This document shows, in pieces, positions 29,216 to 42,438 of a DNA stretch of 64,000 nucleotides (positions within the stretch are counted from its first letter, which is position 1; each line of letters starts with the position of its first letter). The stretch covers positions 5,084,001 through 5,148,000 of the forward strand of contig NC_043009.1 in the NCBI RefSeq assembly GCF_006345805.1, given 5' to 3'. Source of the stretch: Octopus sinensis. Taxonomy: Eukaryota. The notes beneath the pieces were generated by a model. It ran no database searches. It saw only the letters and a list, made by a program, of their open reading frames with translations, and had not been told where the DNA came from. The position numbers and the translations under genes were made by a program.

Positions 29216-30699
29216 ATGTATGTATGCTTGCATGAAGACACGTATGTATGTATGTTTGTATGTATGTATCTATGTATGTATCTATATATGTATCTATATA
29301 TATGTATATGCTACAATTACTGCCAACGTTACGGAATTGTTCCAATAAAGTTTTGCAATGAAGTTTAATTCTTTATCCTCTTCGGCGAATCCAATATCAA
29401 CCAGTAGCCCCAATGTCAGAGCGGCAAACCTAACCACTAGTTCAGAAATTTTGAGCAATAAATTATACATATTGGCAGAGACAACATTCATTTCAATTAT
29501 CTGTACTGAGTGAAAGGATTTTGTTCTAAATTTATCTCCAAGTGATTTGTAGCGGTACTTATAATTTACAGAGGAATTACCAGAAATTCTATAGTTTCAC
29601 ATTGTTAACAATGGCCATAGAAACGGCGCGATGACAATGGCAAAACCATTGTGCTTACAAATTATGTTGCCAAAGCTTCAAACCCACACTTTCTCCTCAT
29701 ACGTATTACTCTCTTCACCTTCACCTACATTCTCTTTCATTACTTCGCTAATATGTTCACATACGAGTATTTGTATTTAGTAAAGTACTAACCCTTTTAA
29801 CAGAAGTGTATTCACTACAGAAACAGTATTTGAGCTATTAGCGTTACGTCAGTAAATCCAACGAATGAAGCTGATAATTAATTTTTTTTCTTCTATTTTC
29901 TACGTTTGTTCTGTTAAGGGTTGTAAATATAAACTCAGCTATAACTTCTTTGATGATATATTAGATTCTGTGGCTAATGAAATATATCCTCATCAAGGAA
30001 TTTAATTATCATATTATTACCCTTACGTGACTCAGGAGACATTGTAAAATGGGAAGGCCGAAACACATTGTGGTAGATTTAATACCATTTTTATCTGAAA
30101 GCAAACGAAACGTGCAACTATAAAGAACAAATATGAGAGAGTATAAACATGGCAGACAATGAGCCACTCAAAAGCAATGTCTCCTTATTGTGTCTCGGAG
30201 TATTAATCATTGTACATCGTGAACATAAGACAATAATCCACTTGCCAATTTAGAAGTGGTTTAATAGTAATCAATAAAGGAAATTAAGAAGTTACGGGCG
30301 TTCAGGCCTTTGTTAATAACGATATGCATACATACATACCTACATAGGTACATATATATACAAATACAAATACGTACATACATAATATATATATATATAT
30401 ATATTGTAAATGTATGTACGTATATATAGATGTATGGATATATGTATGCGTGTCCCTTAATCTATTTATTTCTGAACAAATGAAGGGGTAATGGAAAATG
30501 CACATCGTAACGATTATATAATGGGACTTAGATCTTAAGGAAATATGGCATTTGTCGAGGCGGTGGTAACATCTATGTACTACCCCGACATTCGGAGTTA
30601 CTTCGCTTTTCCGGGCACAATCATTGGTAGTATCGGTTTCCATTCCTAGTTGCATCCATGCCAACAGCTTTTTTGCTACTGCTCTTTAAGCAGTAGCGC

Positions 30700-33300
30700 C
30701 ATCAAAAGATCCGTAATGAAATGGACGATGATGCATTAGGACGTACTATCGTCAAAAGAAACACTTTTTACGGGCAAGAATAAACAAGAATCATACACAG
30801 ACATTTATGCGTATAAACATTTCTAGGTGTAATCCCATGGTCATTCATGACCCAAGAGGGTCTTTTTACTCTTATTTTCACTCAGACGGAGCAACTGAAT
30901 TATCAGCGTTAAGGGTTAGAGTTTCAGAATATACTACTGAGAACATTCTTATTTCAAGCAATAGTCATCTGGATTCAGGGGAACAATTATGTCTACAGCG
31001 TGTTCGTTCGATCTCATCATAGCGATATCTTTCTATCGAAACCCCTTGAGTTGGAAGAGGTTTCGATAGAAACTCCCCAAAAAATCAATGCATCATGAAA
31101 CAACAATACTATACACTACGAGATATATATATATACTACATTTCACTGTCATCACATGACAATGTAGTTACAACTTAAGTGACCTTGCAACAATTTGCAT
31201 ATTTGATGTCGCTTGAAACTATGAGTCCAACAATAGTGTCTACTTCCTGCTACTAGCATTCATCAGAATAAAATGAAAGCAACCACGGAATCATGTTACA
31301 AATGCAATTATATAGAAATACATTAATGTGAACCAATAACAGAATAGTAAGGACTTACCCTTCAACAGATGAAACAAGAAGATTTACTGTTTGTAACCTC
31401 ATGACGAATAATGTTAATGCTCTTTATAATCAGTACAAAGTGAGTTACTAATCTGAGGGATAACAATATATTACTAGCAAAAAGGCGACATTGAAAGATA
31501 TAAAAGTTGGTGGGAAGCCGAAAGCTTTTTGATATCAACAATATTACAAAAATAACACCGAAGCAGGGAATAGATTGATTACGGAAAAAGCCTTCGACAG
31601 CAATATCTCACAGCTTGCTATTGAGAAGGTTTCACATAAACACAGCAACCCTAATACTTAATATGAAAACTGGATATTAATCATGCTATGTCAGAGAAGA
31701 AAATATTAATAACACTTCAATTTAAAGAGAGACAATGCAAGCCTATCCACATAAGAATCGGAATGTTTTTATGGGAACATCTTATGCCTACTTACCTTGT
31801 CCTCATTCTACAAATCTTTTGAATCAAAGCAGCAATTTAAGAAGATATACGACGAATACATAAATCATCTCTGCTACATGAATTATTAAAAACTATAAAC
31901 AAGATATAACACAAAGCAAGGAATTCTTCAGAAATATTCTACATGTCATAATGCAGTGATATCCGATATGAAGAGGTAGATTTTAAGTGTCAATGCCGCT
32001 TTAAGAATTTGATAAATTTCTCTTGGTCAATATTTCAATTTGTCTGTTTCTCACTGCAAAATAATTCCTTGTGAGGATCGTGAAGATCCTTGCATTACAT
32101 ATTTTAGCGCTAAGTTAAATATTCAAAGAATGTTTAAATTAAAAGAAGCTAAAATAATTTAGAATTAGTATCTTGGATTAGAAAACTTGAACGGAGCATC
32201 GAACATAGAACTTTTAAATATAACTAATATTACAGAATATAGAAAAGAAAAGGATGAAATTGTTATTAAAAATAAATAATAAGCCAGGAACAAGAATATT
32301 CGACAACTTATTCAGGGACAGTAGTAAGGCTGTTATCACTATCGACAAAGCTCATAGTTAGATCCGCTCTACTCCTAATAACAGCAACATAATTCGAAAA
32401 GACACCATGTATTGACGCTGCATGAATATGCGTGGTACCGTTTAATTGCTCAGCATAAATCAAACGAACCTGCATCATAGAAATCATGTGCCTATAGAAA
32501 TTTATCTTCAACCAGTATTACCCATTGGTAGCACTGCCATGCTGAAGACATTTGAAAATCATTCATCGTAGTTCTCAGACTAAAAGTCCTCTAGAAGAGA
32601 CCTAAAGTTACCCACAGAACATAATCTCTCTTACCTAATACTAATAACATATCCATTGATAAAGGGAACTTTAATCAACCATATGACCAGACTTTCAGAA
32701 GGTAGGGATTGACTGATGATATTTCGGATGACTAGCAATTAATCATGGTTTTACTTCATTCAGAATTTGGATAACAGAAATTTGCTGCAGGAAAGCAAAC
32801 TACTACAAGTGTGGATCGTACCTGTCCACCGTCAACGAAACTCTCTTCCTTGTACAATGACAGCACATGTCTGCATATCAGCAGTCACAGCATGCTGAGC
32901 TCGCCTTTCAGAATGTGCTGACAACAGATCCGAATTTAACTGCGCGAGATTATTGCCAATATTACGAAAATAAATATAATGCCAAATTAAGACGATTAGT
33001 TGCACCCACCTGACTTCCGAGTTACGTAATCTTTGCCAAATGAAAATTACTTAGATATGACCAGAGTGTGTAAGGTAGCTTGCATACAGTGGTCAGGATA
33101 AAGTCACATTGACATTCTTCAAAATGATTAATATCAGTGAGGACAGAATCTAACATGTGGCGATAATGTGGCTACAATATAACAAGGGACAGAGATGAAA
33201 AAAAACAAAAACAATCCAAACCGTTCATTATCTGGTCAATACCCTTACATCACTCATCGGCTTCTTTTCAACAAGGATGAGGAAGAATCTCCTACGTGAC
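30700..33300 (+). mobile_element. Heavily decayed R4/R2-group (RLE) non-LTR retrotransposon
   Basis: RT motifs survive in order despite stops and frameshifts: RTY..(PK)-like ~31345, DYGKAFDS 31577-31601, IRIGMF..(QGD)..P ~31750, INHLCYM(DD)LKLY-like 31860-31898, SDI(R)M ~31955, and an RHD-like gataatgtggct near 33160. The left boundary is approximate. Confidence 0.75.
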
Positions 33301-33384
33301 TTTCAATGGAATTTATCAAATTCTACAGCCATACCAAAAATCACGGACAACACTGACTACATAATTATATTTGTCAGTTACAAA

Positions 33385-33545
33385 TGCGGTTAGTAGAATC
33401 GTTAGGACGTCGGGAAAAATGCTTAGCGGCATTTTGTCTACCTTCCCGTTTTGAGTTCAAATTCTACAGATGTCGACTTTAACTTTCATCTTTTCTATAT
33501 AATCGACTTAACCCACACCCCGAAATTGCTCTTCTTGTGAAACCG
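33385..33545 (+). mobile_element. SINE family A, diverged
   Basis: tagtagaatcgttaggacgtcgggaaaaatgcttagcgg...gagttcaaattc...gtcgacttt. Confidence 0.75.
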
Positions 33546-34085
33546 TTATGATTATATGCGTGACAAAAAGTTCAAGCATAATCTTATTACAAAAATATAA
33601 AAAAAAACAACAAAAAAGAGCAAACACTTGACGTGCAACGTCATACATTGGTAGATTGATATGAGAGTTGAAAGTAGAGCAATTAATAAGGAGAGGATCT
33701 CCGGGTGTACAACAGGGTTATGAAACGCTTATTACAACTGTCCAATAATCGTGCTATAAAATAATCCATTTTAGAGTAAGAAGAAAAGTAGCCGAGAGAA
33801 ACGTTATGCTCAAATTTGTAGATTGGATAATACGAATTACGGTAGTCGAGGGGTTACTGTAATTCAATTCCTATTTGAAATCAGCCATGTGGTGTATTTT
33901 TACTTCAAGTGTCAACTCAGCGCCCACCTGTCGGTCTATCAGTCTGTCTGTATGTCCGTCTCATCTGTCAATCAATCAATGAATCTATCTATCTATACAA
34001 ACACACACCTTCATAAACATATGTGCATCATTGTGCATCCATGTGTTTGTACGTGTGCATGTATCTGTGTGTGTATGTTAGAGAG

Positions 34086-34118
<33 letters not shown>

Positions 34119-34211
34119 GTGTGTGTATGTTACTGTATGTGCTGAATGAGAGCGTGTGTATTCCTATCAGTAAATATTCTGTTGCAGTTGTTTGACTTAA
34201 TAGAAACTGAC

Positions 34212-34499
34212 GGCGAGCTGGCAGAAACGTTAGCAAGCCGGGCGAAATACTTAGCTGTGTTTCCTCTGCCGCTATGTTCTGAGTTCAAACTCCGCCGGGG
34301 CCGACTTTCCCTTTCATTCTTTCGGGGTCGATTAAATAAGTATCTGTTACACACTGAGGTCAATATAATCGACTTAATCCGTTTGTCTGCCCTTGTTTGT
34401 CCCATCTGTGTGTAGCCCCTTGTGGGCAGTAAACAGATAGGTATTTCGTCTGCCGCTACGTTCTGCGTTCAAATTCCGCCGAGGTCGACTTTGCCTTTC
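34212..34499 (+). mobile_element. SINE family A with 8-bp TSD, ending inside a second body unit
   Basis: TSD aaactgac at 34204-34211 and 34500-34507; restart at ggtatttcgtc ~34440. Confidence 0.9.
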
Positions 34500-35419
34500 A
34501 AACTGACTTACAATTTAGCATACATGGACACCACTCGCGCGCCTGCATGCATGTATGAATGTATGTAAGCATGTATGAATGTATGTTTGTATGAATGTAG
34601 TTATATATGCACGTATGCGTGTATGAATGCATGTATGCATGCATGTATATATGCATGTATGGAAGAATGTATGCATGTATGTATGAATGTATGTATGTAT
34701 GTATGCATGGGCACACGTCATGGTATGAATGAATCTACAATGAAATATTAAACTGCAGATTTGTATCTGCAACAAATATTGTTGCCTCAGTTCCAAAGTC
34801 CTTCTTGCTTTTGATTATGACTCCGAATGGGGACATAAATATTATGTCCTGAAAAAATGCTGCAGTTGGTGGTAACGGCGGTTACCGAATTTCGTATTGG
34901 CAATAATTGTGGTGCTTATAGCTGTGATGATGCTTATTCCGGTGACGCTAGATATATTCTGATGCCGTCATTTCTAGGAGCTGCATTGACGATAGTGATG
35001 ATGCTGAAAGTGATAGGGTAAGTGGTAATAGTCGAGGTAGCTACCATAGTTGCGACAGCGGCAGCCGGGTTGATGCCAGCTAAGATATTGTTGGTGATGA
35101 TGATGACAATTGTTGGACGATCTATCAGGCGTTTTGATGGTAAAAGTATTCGGCGTTCTGGAGGTGGTTTTAGTAGTGGTGGCGGTGGTGGAGGTAGTCG
35201 TGGCGGTGGTGGAGGTAGTCGTGGCGGTGTTAGTGACGGCGATGGTGAATGGTGGTGATGTTAGTTATGGAACCACTAAGATTGTCGTGGTGGAGGTGGT
35301 TGTCGTTTCACTGGTGATTTGAGATGATGAATAGATGTTGGTGACTAGCTGAATAACACTTAATTGGAGAATTGCAACTACTAATATCGCTTTTACTTAT
35401 ATATATATATTTTTTGTAT

Positions 35420-35790
35420 AACTTCCTTTTATTCCCGCTCACTTTACCCTCTCCCTTTCTTTGTCTCTCCACCTCTCTTCTTTATTCTCTCTCTTTCTCT
35501 CTCTCATTGTTGTCATCTTGCACATCATATTCCTCTCTCTATCTTTCTCACACTTTCTCGCTATTCACTCTTACTCTCTTTCTGTCACTTTTTATTATTT
35601 CTCCGTCATGCCATTACTATCGCCATTTATCCGTCTCCCTCTCCACTGTAACCATACTTTCTCTTTCTTCTCTCTCACTCCTTTCACTCTCCCTCTCTCT
35701 CTTCTCTCGCGCTCCTCTCTCTCTTTCACCCTCTCTACACACATATTCTCTCCCCCTCTCTACCTCTCCTATCTCACGCATCTTTATTTA
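35420..35790. repeat. CT-rich polypyrimidine tract, preceded by a GGT/GAT-rich tract at 34980-35330
   Basis: Direct reading. Confidence 0.9.
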
Positions 35791-36044
35791 ATTTGTTTTC
35801 TATTCTTTTGTTTGTACTTTTTATAGACATATTTGTTTATTTCTTTATTTTATATATAATATATTTTATAATACTATTTTCACCTGAACGTTACCTTGGA
35901 AGTTGCGAATTCATAGATCAATACCGAATAATTGCGTGTGACCGACAAATCATTATCGATTTGCAATGATTGATTAATTGTGAACTAATTACGTTTTAAA
36001 TCTTAGTGAGCGAAAAATAATGATGACATTCACAAAGGCATCAG

Positions 36045-36067
36045 TAGCAGCTGCAGTAGTAGTAGCA

Positions 36068-36113
<46 letters not shown>

Positions 36114-36229
36114 TTTAGTAGTAGTTGTAGAAGTGACAGTAGAATTAAGAGTGACACTCAAATTGTATTGATGATGATGACGACGATGATGATGATGATG
36201 ATGACAACGACGACAAGGACGACGACGAC

Positions 36230-36264
<35 letters not shown>

Positions 36265-36313
36265 CAACGACGACGACGATGCGGCGAAGACGAGAACGAT
36301 GATGACGATGATA

Positions 36314-36347
<34 letters not shown>

Positions 36348-36370
36348 CGACGACGACGACGATGATGATG

Positions 36371-36448
<78 letters not shown>

Positions 36449-36510
36449 GTGATGACGACTACAACGACAATGACGATGACAACAACGACCACGATGACGA
36501 TGATAATGAC
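36045..36510. repeat. (TAG)n followed by (GAT/GAC)n trinucleotide tracts
   Basis: Direct reading; another (GAT)n tract at 15953-16082. Confidence 0.95.
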
Positions 36511-37010
36511 AAGTGTAATGTTAATGGAGATAACTATGATCTCATTCATTGTCATTACTGTATTGATTGCTATGCTGCTGCTGCTTCAGCCGCGGCTGCT
36601 ACTCCCTCCGCCGCCGCTGCTACCGCCACATCCGTCGCTGCCCCCGCTGCTGCCACTGCTGATGTATATGGTGTGCGTGAAGTATTTGCATTTAAGGACT
36701 GCAATGATGAACTTTGATTATTTAGTGCAAAACATAACTTCTGCGGCCCCAGCTCAAGAACCAATCAACCGAAACGCGATGACAGAAGATCCATTTGATC
36801 GACCTATCTTGTCGTATGAATTGGTTCAATCCAATCAGACTTACACTCAGGCGCGGCTGCACCAAATGCGATCGACCACTGGAACCGAGATGCGAACTGT
36901 ATGCACCAAACTACATTCGATTCATCATAAGCAGATCAATTCAATAACGTTTGTTCAATCCTTCGAAGGCTCAATCGCAGAAGGCGGACGGTGTTGTTGA
37001 GAGATCTGTA

Positions 37011-37163
37011 GCGCAGGAGTGGCTGAGTGGTAAGTATCTTGCTTACCAACAACATGTTTCCGAGTTCAGCCCCGCTGCGTGGCACCTTGGTCAAGTGCCT
37101 TCTATTATGCCGACCAAAGCCTTGTGAATGGATTTGGTTGACGGAAACTGAAATAAACCCGTC

Positions 37164-37213
<50 letters not shown>

Positions 37214-37241
37214 TATTATTATAATTATATATATATATATA

Positions 37242-37309
<68 letters not shown>

Positions 37310-37630
37310 TATTAGTGAATTGAAGAAATGGAGTTGAACGAAGATTGAACAGAAATCGTTTTATTGCATTCAATCGGAATTTGGTAAATTGTGCCTTCGA
37401 AACACGTGTAGAATGCAATAAAACGATTTCTGTTCAATCTTCGTTCAACTCCATTTCTTCAATTCACTAATAATATTAAAATTCAATTATCCGCACCAAC
37501 GCACGGTTGCAACACCATATGGTTGTACCTCCAACCGTGCTGTCTTCTGCTGTGATTTTTGCTACCAAGGTATCGGTTAAACTTTTGATTAATCTGCAAC
37601 AAGATTATTCATCTTTCTATTTCACAATAT

Positions 37631-37680
<50 letters not shown>

Positions 37681-37886
37681 TGTGCGTCTGTGTTTGACCC
37701 CCCAACATCGCTTGACAGCTGATGCTGGTGTGTTTACGTGCCCCTCATCCAGCGGTTCGGCTAGAGAGAACGATAGGATAAGTACTAAGCTTACAAAGAA
37801 TAAGTCCTGGGATCGATTTGCCCGACTAAATAAGGTGCTCCAGCATGGCTGCATTCAAATGACTGAATCAAATAAAAGAATAAAAG
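37011..37886 (+). mobile_element. CORE-type tRNA SINE family B (OR2-like): head 37011-37165, microsatellite plus insert, tail 37678-37886
   Basis: gcgcaggagtggctgagtggtaag...gagttcagccc...gcaccttggtcaagtgccttct (CORE-like)...gacggaaactgaaa; tail ...gtgctccagcatggc...aataaaagaataaaag. Family name is from recall. Confidence 0.85.
37306..37476. repeat. Perfect 66-bp inverted repeat with 39-nt spacer
   Basis: 37306-37371 is the exact reverse complement of 37411-37476 (checked base by base). Confidence 0.97.
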
Positions 37887-39003
37887 GCATACGTATGCAC
37901 ATCTCCAACAACATTGCTGCAACAGGCACAAACTATCCAAGAGTGCCTTGGCTATGCTTGCGTTTTACTTCAGCCGCGATATTACCAAGATACCAGATAT
38001 TTCAAGGTTCCTAGACTGAAACTAGTAATAAACATCCATGGAGTACTTAGAGAGTAATGATGGGCATGGATTTATATACATTAAGTGCCAGAATGACAAT
38101 GAAGTTCTTAAGCAGAGCAGCTAAAATCTGACGTTCTGTACACCTGCGCAATATTTTACCTTTAATTAGATTTCATACACCATTATTTGGAATTGAAATG
38201 CCTCATTCCTTCAGCTACGCAGATGGTCATAAAAGTCTCCAAAACGTCTATTAGCTCTTTACTTTTCTAAAAGTCGGATAACGAATTACTAAAAAACAAC
38301 CGATGCTCGTGTGTTTACATCCCTCTCCCCGTGAGCTGTCTTAAACGGAATTTTAAATCTTTTGACATGATGCGTCAATTGCACCCGTTTCCGTACACTG
38401 GATTCGCAGCCTCTTATCTCAGAAATCTTTGAACGCAGTCTGTATATTCTACTTTGAAAAGGTAAAAAAAAGAAAAAAATTATTGTTACTTGCGCAGCTC
38501 CAACCGTTGTTAAAAATAATTTTGTGATCTCAGACTGAGGCCTGAGGGGCGCATCAAGTGACTTTTAGCGACGGAAATCCGATGTAAAGCTCGCATGCTC
38601 CGCATAGAACGTTTCCTGTTCTTTTCGCGTACTTCCTCGTATATAGTTGCGTTGAAGTGTAGCGTTATATTAGACCCTGAATTTCATTTCAAAATCCTTG
38701 AAGTGAAAGTAGGAGTCGGAACACTTGTATTTGCCTTTTAAGAGGGGCAGCTTGCGAATAAAAAATCCCACAGTACTCGTGTTTGTTACAATTTGACCTT
38801 CAAAATATCAAAAATATATTTGTACCGTATTGAGCGTAATAGAATGTTGCATGCAGTGCAGTCTTTACTCCTTATCTGCAATCTTTGAATGACTAATATA
38901 ACAAGTCAACACAATTTGAAATTATCTTCCAAATTATCACCCTGAATCTTGGAATTTTTAATTGGCATGACAGGACTGTTTATCCATGTGTTATTTCTAT
39001 CAC

Positions 39004-39319
39004 AGGTGGAGGCGCAATGACCCAGCGGTTAGGGTAGCGGATTCGCGGACGAAGGATCGCGCTTTCGATTCCCAGACCGGGCGTTGTGTGTGCTTATTGA
39101 TCGAAAACACCTGAAGCTCCACGAGGCTCAGGCAGGGGGTGGTGGCGACCCCCTTTGTACTCTTTCGCCCCAACTTTCTCTCACTCTTTCTTCCTGTTTC
39201 GTGAGTAACGCTACGATGGACGGGCGTCCCCTCCAGCTAGGCGGGAAATCATACGCCACAGAAACCGGGCCCATGAGCGTCGCTAGGCTTGAAAAGGGCT
39301 CATAAAATTATAAAAAATA
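39004..39319 (+). mobile_element. tRNA-derived SINE family C with 11-bp TSD
   Basis: Head ggaggcgcaatgacccagcggttagg...tttcgattccc, GC-rich body, A-rich end. TSD atttctatcac at 38993-39003 and 39320-39330. Confidence 0.85.
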
Positions 39320-39579
39320 ATTTCTATCACGGAGTTCACTTTCTCAAATCCGCCTGACCCTTCTGGACATATTCTATGGCCTATTCTGTCATTTTCATCT
39401 ACCCTTAAGCTTAGCCGTATTTGTAGCCCTGTTCCAATTCTTTTATTTCATAGAATTGTAACTTATCTACAATTCTTCCTTTCATACAATTTAATTTTAT
39501 ATTAAATTTTGTGCATTTGACTAAATGAGTAATTGTTTTTACATACATAACTATAATCGGATAGTTGAGTTTCAATGAA

Positions 39580-39947
39580 TGATAATAGTAGTGGTAGTAG
39601 AAGTAGTGGTAGTAGTAGTAGTAGTAGTAGTTGTTGTTGATGTAGTAGCAGCAGCAAAAGTAGTAGCGTTGGTAGTAGTAGCAGCAACAATAGTAGTAGT
39701 AGCGTTGGTAGTAGTAGCATCAGTAGTAATTGTGGTGGTGATGGTAGTAGTAGCATCAGTAGTAATAGTAGTTGTAGTAGTTGTAGTAGTAGCAGCAGCA
39801 GCAATAGTAGTAGTAGTAGTGATGATAGTAGTAGCAGTAGTAGTAGTGGTGGTGTTGGTAGTGGTAGTAGCAACAACAATTATAGTAGTAGTGATGATAG
39901 TAGTAGCAGTAGTAGTAGTAGAGGTAGGAGTAGTTGTGGTGGTAGTG

Positions 39948-39987
<40 letters not shown>

Positions 39988-40003
39988 CAGCAGTAGTAGT
40001 GTT
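39580..40003. repeat. Degenerate (GTA/GTG/GCA)n tract
   Basis: Source of the poly-V, poly-T and poly-L ORFs in the track. Confidence 0.95.
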
Positions 40004-41741
40004 AATTTCGCGCAATAAATCTTTCGGATTGTTCTTTGCTCAACAAGCGCTTAATGTCAAATATATTAATAAGTAACGATGATGAAAGGATAGCATTCCT
40101 TTGATAACACCTCATCTATTAAATCATGTGCTTTCGAGCTAAGGAGTGTATCACGCGGTATTGGAAACAACAGCTAATTACACAGCTTATGACATAAATA
40201 AGGAAAAGACTCATGAGATATTGTTGTCTCGCATACAATTACAAAATACGTTTGGTCACTTAGGAAATACATTTGATAAAAAAACGACCAACAACGACAT
40301 ATATTTTGTATCATAATATATCAAGATAATATTACTGTTGCTATTATCACACCGTTGTATTCTCTAAGTGTATATTTCTTTAGTAAAAAAAGATACTGTG
40401 ATACCACAAATAGTAGTATAAAGAAACGATTTGTAAGTCGAAAGCAACAAGAGCTGAGACTCTCACCTAATATGTTTATAAGTTAGTCAGTTCTATATTT
40501 TCCACAGCTAAAAGGCAGTTTTCTGTTCACCCACCTGAATAATCTTAATTCACAATTCACAATTATTGGCTGGTTTGAGGTTTCTGTCTTAGTTCATTCT
40601 TTGCAAGCATCCTACTTATATCCTGTTATTGCTATCGTTGTTGCAGTGGCTGCTGCTGCTAATGCTGCCGCTTTAGTTGCAGTTGTAACTGTTGCAATTG
40701 CAAACTTTGAAACCTGAATAATATCCATTTTGACGTGGCATACTTTTGAGGTTTTAGTATTTTGTACTCGCGTGTCTATGTCATGCAGTGTAGTCGAATG
40801 TGATTTAGTGCGCACGTATATGAAACACCGATACAGTTCAGTAAAGGGAAGCCTACATTAAATGTATATAATTTTCATATCGATTTAATAGTTGTAGGTC
40901 TCATATTGATTTTTCGAATTGGAACAGAATCTCGAATGTACAATGAAAGAGTTCGTTAACCTGTTGGATTTCACCTTAATATTACCTTGGTGAACTTGTT
41001 ATGAAAGTTGAATATGTGAAAATAATGAATTCTATGATATTTGAACATAGGACTTACGAATACGTAATTTTATACCTTTTAAACCTTTCCATCATTTCTC
41101 ATTGTTCGTTTTATTCGTGGTATACATCAAGAGTCTATACACTATATATTTCTTAGAGACACAGGACTTTGCCGATGAATGTCAGGTAAGATATATCACG
41201 TATCAATAAGAGCTGTTTCAACGTGTACTGAAAATATATTCTAATAAACACTGGTGCGTCACTAATTTTCCTTCAGTCGGTATTTTTGAAGGTAAAAATT
41301 AATTACATCAATTGCGATGATGTATCATTGATGAACAAAACAAATCGACTCTCTTTGAAGAGTGAAATGAGTCATAACACATTAGAGAACAGTAAATTGT
41401 TTTTTTTCTAAATATATTTGTCTTCAAATACCTCCTAGATCCAATTTGAATTTCAACGCTTTTGTTATGAATAGATTCAATCGATAATAATATACGGTTT
41501 TTTACTTCTGGATATATTCAGATCATTATACTGTGCAATAGACTGAATAACTTTTTAAAGCACACGCTCTCACAGACTTACAAACGTTGGTATCATATAT
41601 ACACACACATAGATCCATACATACTTACATACGTACGTACGTATATACATGAACAGACATACATAGACATCTGTATATATATGTCTCTCTCTATATATAT
41701 ACATATATATGTATATGTAAATGGATATATAAACATCCCCC

Positions 41742-41867
<126 letters not shown>

Positions 41868-42403
41868 GGTAGTCTTATAGGAAGCGACATATATAAGTAT
41901 TGAAATTACATTTAAACTACTTACATACAAAAGTACGCGCACTCACGAGGCACACAGGCACGCATACGTACACTCCCCCCCCCCACACACACATATAGAA
42001 ATGTATATGTGGAATACCTGAAGTGCTAATACTGCGATACAATTTCGATACGTGAGGCACCACAGTTATTGATTAGTCTGCAAGAAGTAACAGGCATCTT
42101 TCCTTCAGATACGCATTTACTCTATAGAAAAAAAACAACAAATACAAATACATTTCAGATAATGTACTTTTACATATATTATTCCTAAAAAATATGTGGA
42201 ATGCCACAGCTGCCATGTGTCGGATCATAGGTTTACGTCACCTTCGTTGACGTGATACGAAACAATTGCAGTGCAGAAGAGACCAGAGGTATATATGTAT
42301 ATATAGTTAATCCAAACAAGAAAACACAAAAAAACACAACAACGCGAGGACGTGGAACAAATATAGTATTATTGGACGCTCAGGAAAGAAGGGAAGAAGG
42401 GGG

Positions 42404-42438
42404 GTTTAACGTTTCGAGCGGAGCTCTTCGTCGGAAAC
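42404..42438 (-). ncRNA. Minimal type I hammerhead-like motif in a PLE-type 3' tail (tail ~42300-42510)
   Basis: Minus strand gttt-CCGACGA-a-gagc(tcc)gctc-GAAA-CG-TT-aaac. Stem I gttt/aaac, stem II gagc/gctc, palindromic ACGT in place of stem III. Core has U4C and one extra A after A9. Confidence 0.6.

Noticed and set aside
32920-32945. agatccgaattt, similar to mir-10/mir-100
   Set aside because: Only a partial match, seed absent, no hairpin, and it lies within the retrotransposon relic.
36299-37000. 233-aa ORF, the longest in the track
   Set aside because: The first half is (GAT)n poly-Met; the rest matches nothing I recognise. Kept only as part of the CpG-island finding.
39502-40076. Poly-Thr, poly-Val and poly-Leu ORFs (mucin-like)
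   Set aside because: They are translations of a degenerate (GTA)n microsatellite; open on both strands with no unique coding flanks.
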